A stretch of 64,000 bases of DNA, from contig CAVSHA010000002.1 of the NCBI GenBank assembly GCA_963727645.1, forward strand, positions 9,368 through 73,367, written 5' to 3'. The translations under genes were made by a program, and so were the position numbers. Positions within the stretch are counted from its first letter, which is position 1, and every line of letters begins with the position of its first letter. Under the pieces are notes generated by a model. That model worked only from the letters and a program-made list of their open reading frames with translations. It was not told the DNA's origin and did no database searches. Shown piece by piece: positions 60,761 through 64,000 of this stretch. The stretch is from an uncultured Acidimicrobiaceae bacterium (GTDB lineage: Bacteria; Actinomycetota; Acidimicrobiia; Acidimicrobiales; Bog-793).

Positions 60761-61258
60761 TCGCGCCGCCCAGGACGAGAGGCGACAACCAAGCCGCAGA
60801 CACCCCAGCACAGGAACGCCACGGCCCGGGCGACTCGATGGCCGGGTCCGAGCACGTCGTTCGCAAGCGAGCTCAGCGTCGGATAGGCGCTCCGCGGAGA
60901 GTGGAACAGCTCCCACAGCTCCACGGCAACGACGAGCAGAGCGGCGAGAAACCACGCGATCGTGCCCCGCAGACGGAGCGAGGTGTTCCCAGTCGCTCTC
61001 GGCGGGGAGAGGGGCGGCGACACTGTCAGGGGCCTGGACAGGGGGCAGGCCCAGGTTCGGCTCACGCACAGTCAAGTCGAGTGCCCGGCTGTCCCGGCGT
61101 GCCAGCAACGCGCTCACGACAAGCATCGCCGCGGCCACAGAGAGCGTGACTGCGCTCGACTCCACGCCGAAGGGAGGCATCGCGGCAACAAACCAACCAC
61201 AAACGACAAGCGCCACCACTAGGGCGCCTGCCACCACCGCCCGCCTCGACGAGTTCAA
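60757..61258 (-). pseudogene. membrane protein, paralogous C-terminal module to 60574..60760, probable frame shift at the C-run 60965-60968
   Basis: TTG 61258 opens LNSSRRAVVAGALVVALVVCGWFVAAMPPFG...LAPSAG. Removing one G joins it to TIAWFLAALLVVAVELWELFHSPRSAYPTLSSLANDVL...AFLCWGVCGLVVASR (ORF 60757..61065). Confidence 0.4.
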
Positions 61259-61393
61259 GATCCTCGTGTCCGCCTGCCCGCCGGGTCGCAGATGGCATCG
61301 ATCACGTTCATGTTCATAATCGAGCGCCGCAGTTCCCGGTTCCGACAGCCAACCCTCAAGTCTGCAGGCACGTTTCCTCGATCCTCAGGCGTC

Positions 61394-61449
61394 GTCGCCA
61401 CTGTGCGGACGGTCGCCACTGTGCCGGACGGTCGCCACTGTGCCGGACG
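61394..61449. repeat. 19-bp tandem repeat x3
   Basis: gtcgccactgtgc(c)ggacg occurs at 61394-61411, 61412-61430 and 61431-61449. It is followed by the palindrome cggacggcccgtccg (61443-61457). Confidence 0.9.
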
Positions 61450-61659
61450 GCCCGTCCGCACTCAGTGTAAGGAGCCTTCGAGGTCGCGGTGAGCCGAGAG
61501 CGCGCACGGCCTCGAGAATGCTCTGCGCGGTGCGGCGGAAGGGCACGCCGGCGACCCCCGGCACGCCGAGGCTGGTGAGGCTGTGCAGCCCGTGAAGTAA
61601 TCTCCGTGTTGCCCGCGGTCGGGGAGATCGAAGAGACCGCTGCCCCAGGGGAGGAATCT

Positions 61660-62000
61660 ATGACCGAGCAGTACCTGCCTGAGATCTATTCGCGTTTTCG
61701 CGAGCGCTTCCCCGAGCTGTCCGAGAACCTCGACGCCCTCGCTCAGTCGGCAAACGCGGGTCCACTGGACGAACGACAAGCCGCCTGGTCAAGCTCGGCA
61801 TTTCTGTCGGGGCAATGGCCGAAGGCGCTGTTCGCTCCAACGCCCGGCGGGCCCTGCAGGCGGGGGCGACACCCGAGGAGTTGCTCCACGTCGTCGCCCT
61901 CACTGTGACCACGCGGGGCTTCCCGGCTGCTGTTGCGTCCTACGCCTGGATCGAGGACGTCCTGGCCTCTCGCGGGCCTCAGGTCGCGGCTGACCGCTGA
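61660..62000 (+). pseudogene. carboxymuconolactone decarboxylase (AhpD-like) family protein, frame shift near 61779-61782
   Basis: ATG 61660 follows GGGGAGGAA. MTEQYLPEIYSRFRERFPELSENLDALAQSANAGPLDERQA is in one frame. RLVKLGISVGAMAEGAVRSNARRALQAGATPEELLHVVALTVTTRGFPAAV... continues in ORF 61815..62000. Confidence 0.75.
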
Positions 62001-63631
62001 CTGCCCTCAGGTAACGGCCGAGGCTGGGGCCTGAGGTCGGCTCCGGGACCAGACACCAGGGTGCGCCGGCCCGAGCGCCTATTCGGCACGCTGCGGCTCG
62101 CCGTCACCGACCGGCCTCCGAGGCGGCAGTCGGCGCAGATCCTGCTCGTGCCCGCTGTCAGGTTAGGGTGCGAACCTCCCAGGCGACGACGCAGCTCCCC
62201 AGGTGAGAGCCCGGCAACGAGGGGCGCCCCGCAGGTCTCGCAGCTCACAGCTGGTCCCGTCGCCACGACTTGGCGCCCAGCCGCCATCAGAACGCCGTCG
62301 ACTGCCCTATCGAGAGCGATCACCGTTTCGGGGCAGGCGATCACACAAGCCTTGCAAGCAGTGCAGCGACCCGTATCGACGCTCAGGCGGAGCAGTCCGG
62401 CTCCGTTCCGGTCGGTTCGCAGCGCGCCTGTCGGGCAAACCCCGACGCATACCTCGCAAAGTGAGCAGCCCGCCGGGTCGACAGTCACCACTCCGAGCGA
62501 ACAGCCGGGGCCCTCCGCCCGCCACGGCGTCCGACCCGGTCCGAGCGCTCCGAAAGCCTTCAGTGACTGCGCGGTCGCCTCGGGCTCCCGCAGCTCGATA
62601 TGGTCGACGCCAGATGCCGGCACGGCCGGCACTGACAGCTGGCTCACCAGCGTCCTTCCCCCAGCCGGTCGCCCTGCTGAGAACCCGAGCCCTTCCCCGA
62701 GGTCCCGGACGAACTGTCCGAGATCGGCCAACCGGACTTCACAGTCCTTGTCCTCACAGGCGATCGCCGTGACGCCCACGCCGGCGCCGACCAGTTGGAG
62801 AATCCATCCAGCCGTCACGATTTCGATCGATGGCACACGCAGTGTCAGCCACGGTCCGCCCACTCCGGGCACCGATTTCGCGTGCTGACAAACGATCGCA
62901 ACACCCTTTGCGGACCTGTGCCGCCGGATCGCCGCAACAAGAACGTCCGCCTCGGCACGTAGTCCGTCGACCTCGGCGCCGGGAAGTGCGAGCGCCCCGT
63001 TCCGGCAAACAGCCGCGCACACACCGCAGCCAGTACAGCGATCGCCGTCGACAATCACTCGACCGGACTCCCGGTGCAGTGCCCCGTGCGGGCAAGCCAG
63101 CACACAGGCAGTACAGGCCGCTCCTCCTGTACAGCGGTCCTGTCGCCAAACTGCGACGAAGCGGCGTGCCGTGTTGACCCCACGCAGCAGCGATCGGCGC
63201 GACACTCCTCCCAGAGACAGGCTGGTCCGCTCCTTGACCCGCGCGTGTAGGTCGGCGCTGGCAACACGCGCCACCGCGGCGCGCAGAAGGACGACGGATT
63301 GCTCGAGGGCAATCTTCTCAGTGCAGCCGTCCGCGGTCTGCAGGTCGACGATCACTGTCCCGGCGGGCGATACACCCGCTCGCCGCAAGCGTGCCAGCAA
63401 CTCCCCCCGTCGCGAGGCTGCCCGGCAGCCGATGACGACACGGCGCGGTTCACTCGTTGCAAGCGCGACAACCAGGGCTTCGGGCACTTCACAGATCTCG
63501 GGAAGCACCAGCGGGGCTGTACCGGACAGCTCGCGGCACAGCTGGGCGGCAAGTTCTCCCAGGCGCAGGGGCACCGACCCGGTGCCGACATCGCCGCAGA
63601 TGAAGACGACCGGCGCCTCCCGCGACGGCAT
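61979..63631 (-). CDS. polyferredoxin-like iron-sulfur protein (four 4Fe-4S binding motifs)
   Basis: ATG 63631 shares one nt with the upstream stop (TGATG). Motifs are CTGGAACTACVLACP, CTGCGVCAAVCRNG, CSLCEVCVGVCP and CTACKACVIACP. The upstream 100 codons of the 650-aa ORF overlap the chaperone gene. Confidence 0.75.
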   Translation of the reverse strand: MPSREAPVVFICGDVGTGSVPLRLGELAAQLCRELSGTAPLVLPEICEVPEALVVALATSEPRRVVIGCRAASRRGELLARLRRAGVSPAGTVIVDLQTADGCTEKIALEQSVVLLRAAVARVASADLHARVKERTSLSLGGVSRRSLLRGVNTARRFVAVWRQDRCTGGAACTACVLACPHGALHRESGRVIVDGDRCTGCGVCAAVCRNGALALPGAEVDGLRAEADVLVAAIRRHRSAKGVAIVCQHAKSVPGVGGPWLTLRVPSIEIVTAGWILQLVGAGVGVTAIACEDKDCEVRLADLGQFVRDLGEGLGFSAGRPAGGRTLVSQLSVPAVPASGVDHIELREPEATAQSLKAFGALGPGRTPWRAEGPGCSLGVVTVDPAGCSLCEVCVGVCPTGALRTDRNGAGLLRLSVDTGRCTACKACVIACPETVIALDRAVDGVLMAAGRQVVATGPAVSCETCGAPLVAGLSPGELRRRLGGSHPNLTAGTSRICADCRLGGRSVTASRSVPNRRSGRRTLVSGPGADLRPQPRPLPEGSQRSAAT

Positions 63632-64000
63632 CAGCCCGCGTCGGCAGTAGCGAAGTAGCCCTTGATCGCCGCTAGCCAGTCGAGCGTCAGAACCGCGAGG
63701 TCGCGGTAGAAACCATCCCCCGCCTCGTGGGCGACCGCCCTGCACAACCGCGGCAGCCACCGGGCAAGATGCTCTTGGAACAGCTTGCGGGCCACCGGCC
63801 CGGTCTCGTCGGACGACAACGCGTAGGCGATGGCTTCGAGCTCGATGGCGATGTGGTCGGGTAGCTCGCCTAATCGCGGCGACACCTGGAGCCCCAGCTC
63901 CAGGTAGGTCCGCTTGAGATCGGCCGTACACGGCCCCATCAGGGTCCGGCGGATGTCGACGGGAACGTCTTCACGCCAAAACGACTCGTAGGGCGGACAC
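63631..64000 (-). CDS. TorD/DmsD/NarJ-family redox enzyme maturation chaperone, C-terminal part (gene starts beyond window end)
   Basis: The reading frame is open to the window edge: ...PPYESFWREDVPVDIRRTLMGPCTADLKRTYLELGLQVSPRLGELPDHIAIELEAIAYAL.... The PDHI..ELE pattern is typical of the family. Confidence 0.65.
   Translation of the reverse strand, partial: CPPYESFWREDVPVDIRRTLMGPCTADLKRTYLELGLQVSPRLGELPDHIAIELEAIAYALSSDETGPVARKLFQEHLARWLPRLCRAVAHEAGDGFYRDLAVLTLDWLAAIKGYFATADAG

Noticed and set aside
63632-63931. 650-aa version of the polyferredoxin ORF starting at 63931
   Set aside because: The first 100 codons overlap the TorD-like gene in another frame and are Arg-rich. ATG 63631 with the TGATG junction is the likely start.

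Overview
High-GC chromosome segment of actinobacterial type. Supporting this: the mycothiol synthase gene mshD, gene order matching Mycobacterium/Streptomyces (hisD-C / hisB-H-A-F / hisI-trpE...trpC-B-A, and relA-hisS-aspS-rarA-alaS-ruvX-aroE), a mycobacterial-type SOS box and a DUF222-HNH gene. The window is almost wall-to-wall core genes. These are His and Trp biosynthesis, the pstSCAB phosphate transporter with PHO boxes, menaquinone genes (menG, menF), envelope functions (GT2 mannosyltransferase, GT87-like glycosyltransferase, two SEDS proteins, AI-2E and flippase-like membrane proteins) and ppk1. It also holds a seven-gene translation/stringent-response operon, two ABC-2 exporters, a KdpD-like/KdpE-like two-component pair, an MFS transporter, and a polyferredoxin with a TorD-like chaperone at the right edge. 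I found no rRNA, tRNA, CRISPR array, integrase/transposase or recognisable multi-gene defence island. Four themes are unusual. (1) At least nine conserved genes are split by single-base (once 2-nt) frame shifts, mostly at short G/C runs. This looks more like consensus error than biology, and it casts doubt on an apparent alaS-ruvX fusion. (2) Many short perfect or near-perfect tandem repeats occur, both intergenic (3 x 30 bp, 3 x 19 bp, 2 x 37 bp) and in-frame as low-complexity tails or inserts in housekeeping proteins (AlaRS, AspRS, AroE, a SEDS protein, a bifunctional nuclease, a response regulator). (3) A lone DUF222-HNH endonuclease gene sits behind a near-perfect LexA box, wedged between rodA and aroE. 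(4) There is a candidate 6C-like small RNA and an unannotated 47-codon ORF. Gene starts were largely fixed using the pervasive 4-nt start/stop overlaps (GTGA/ATGA). All family assignments come from reading the translations by eye; no searches were run.
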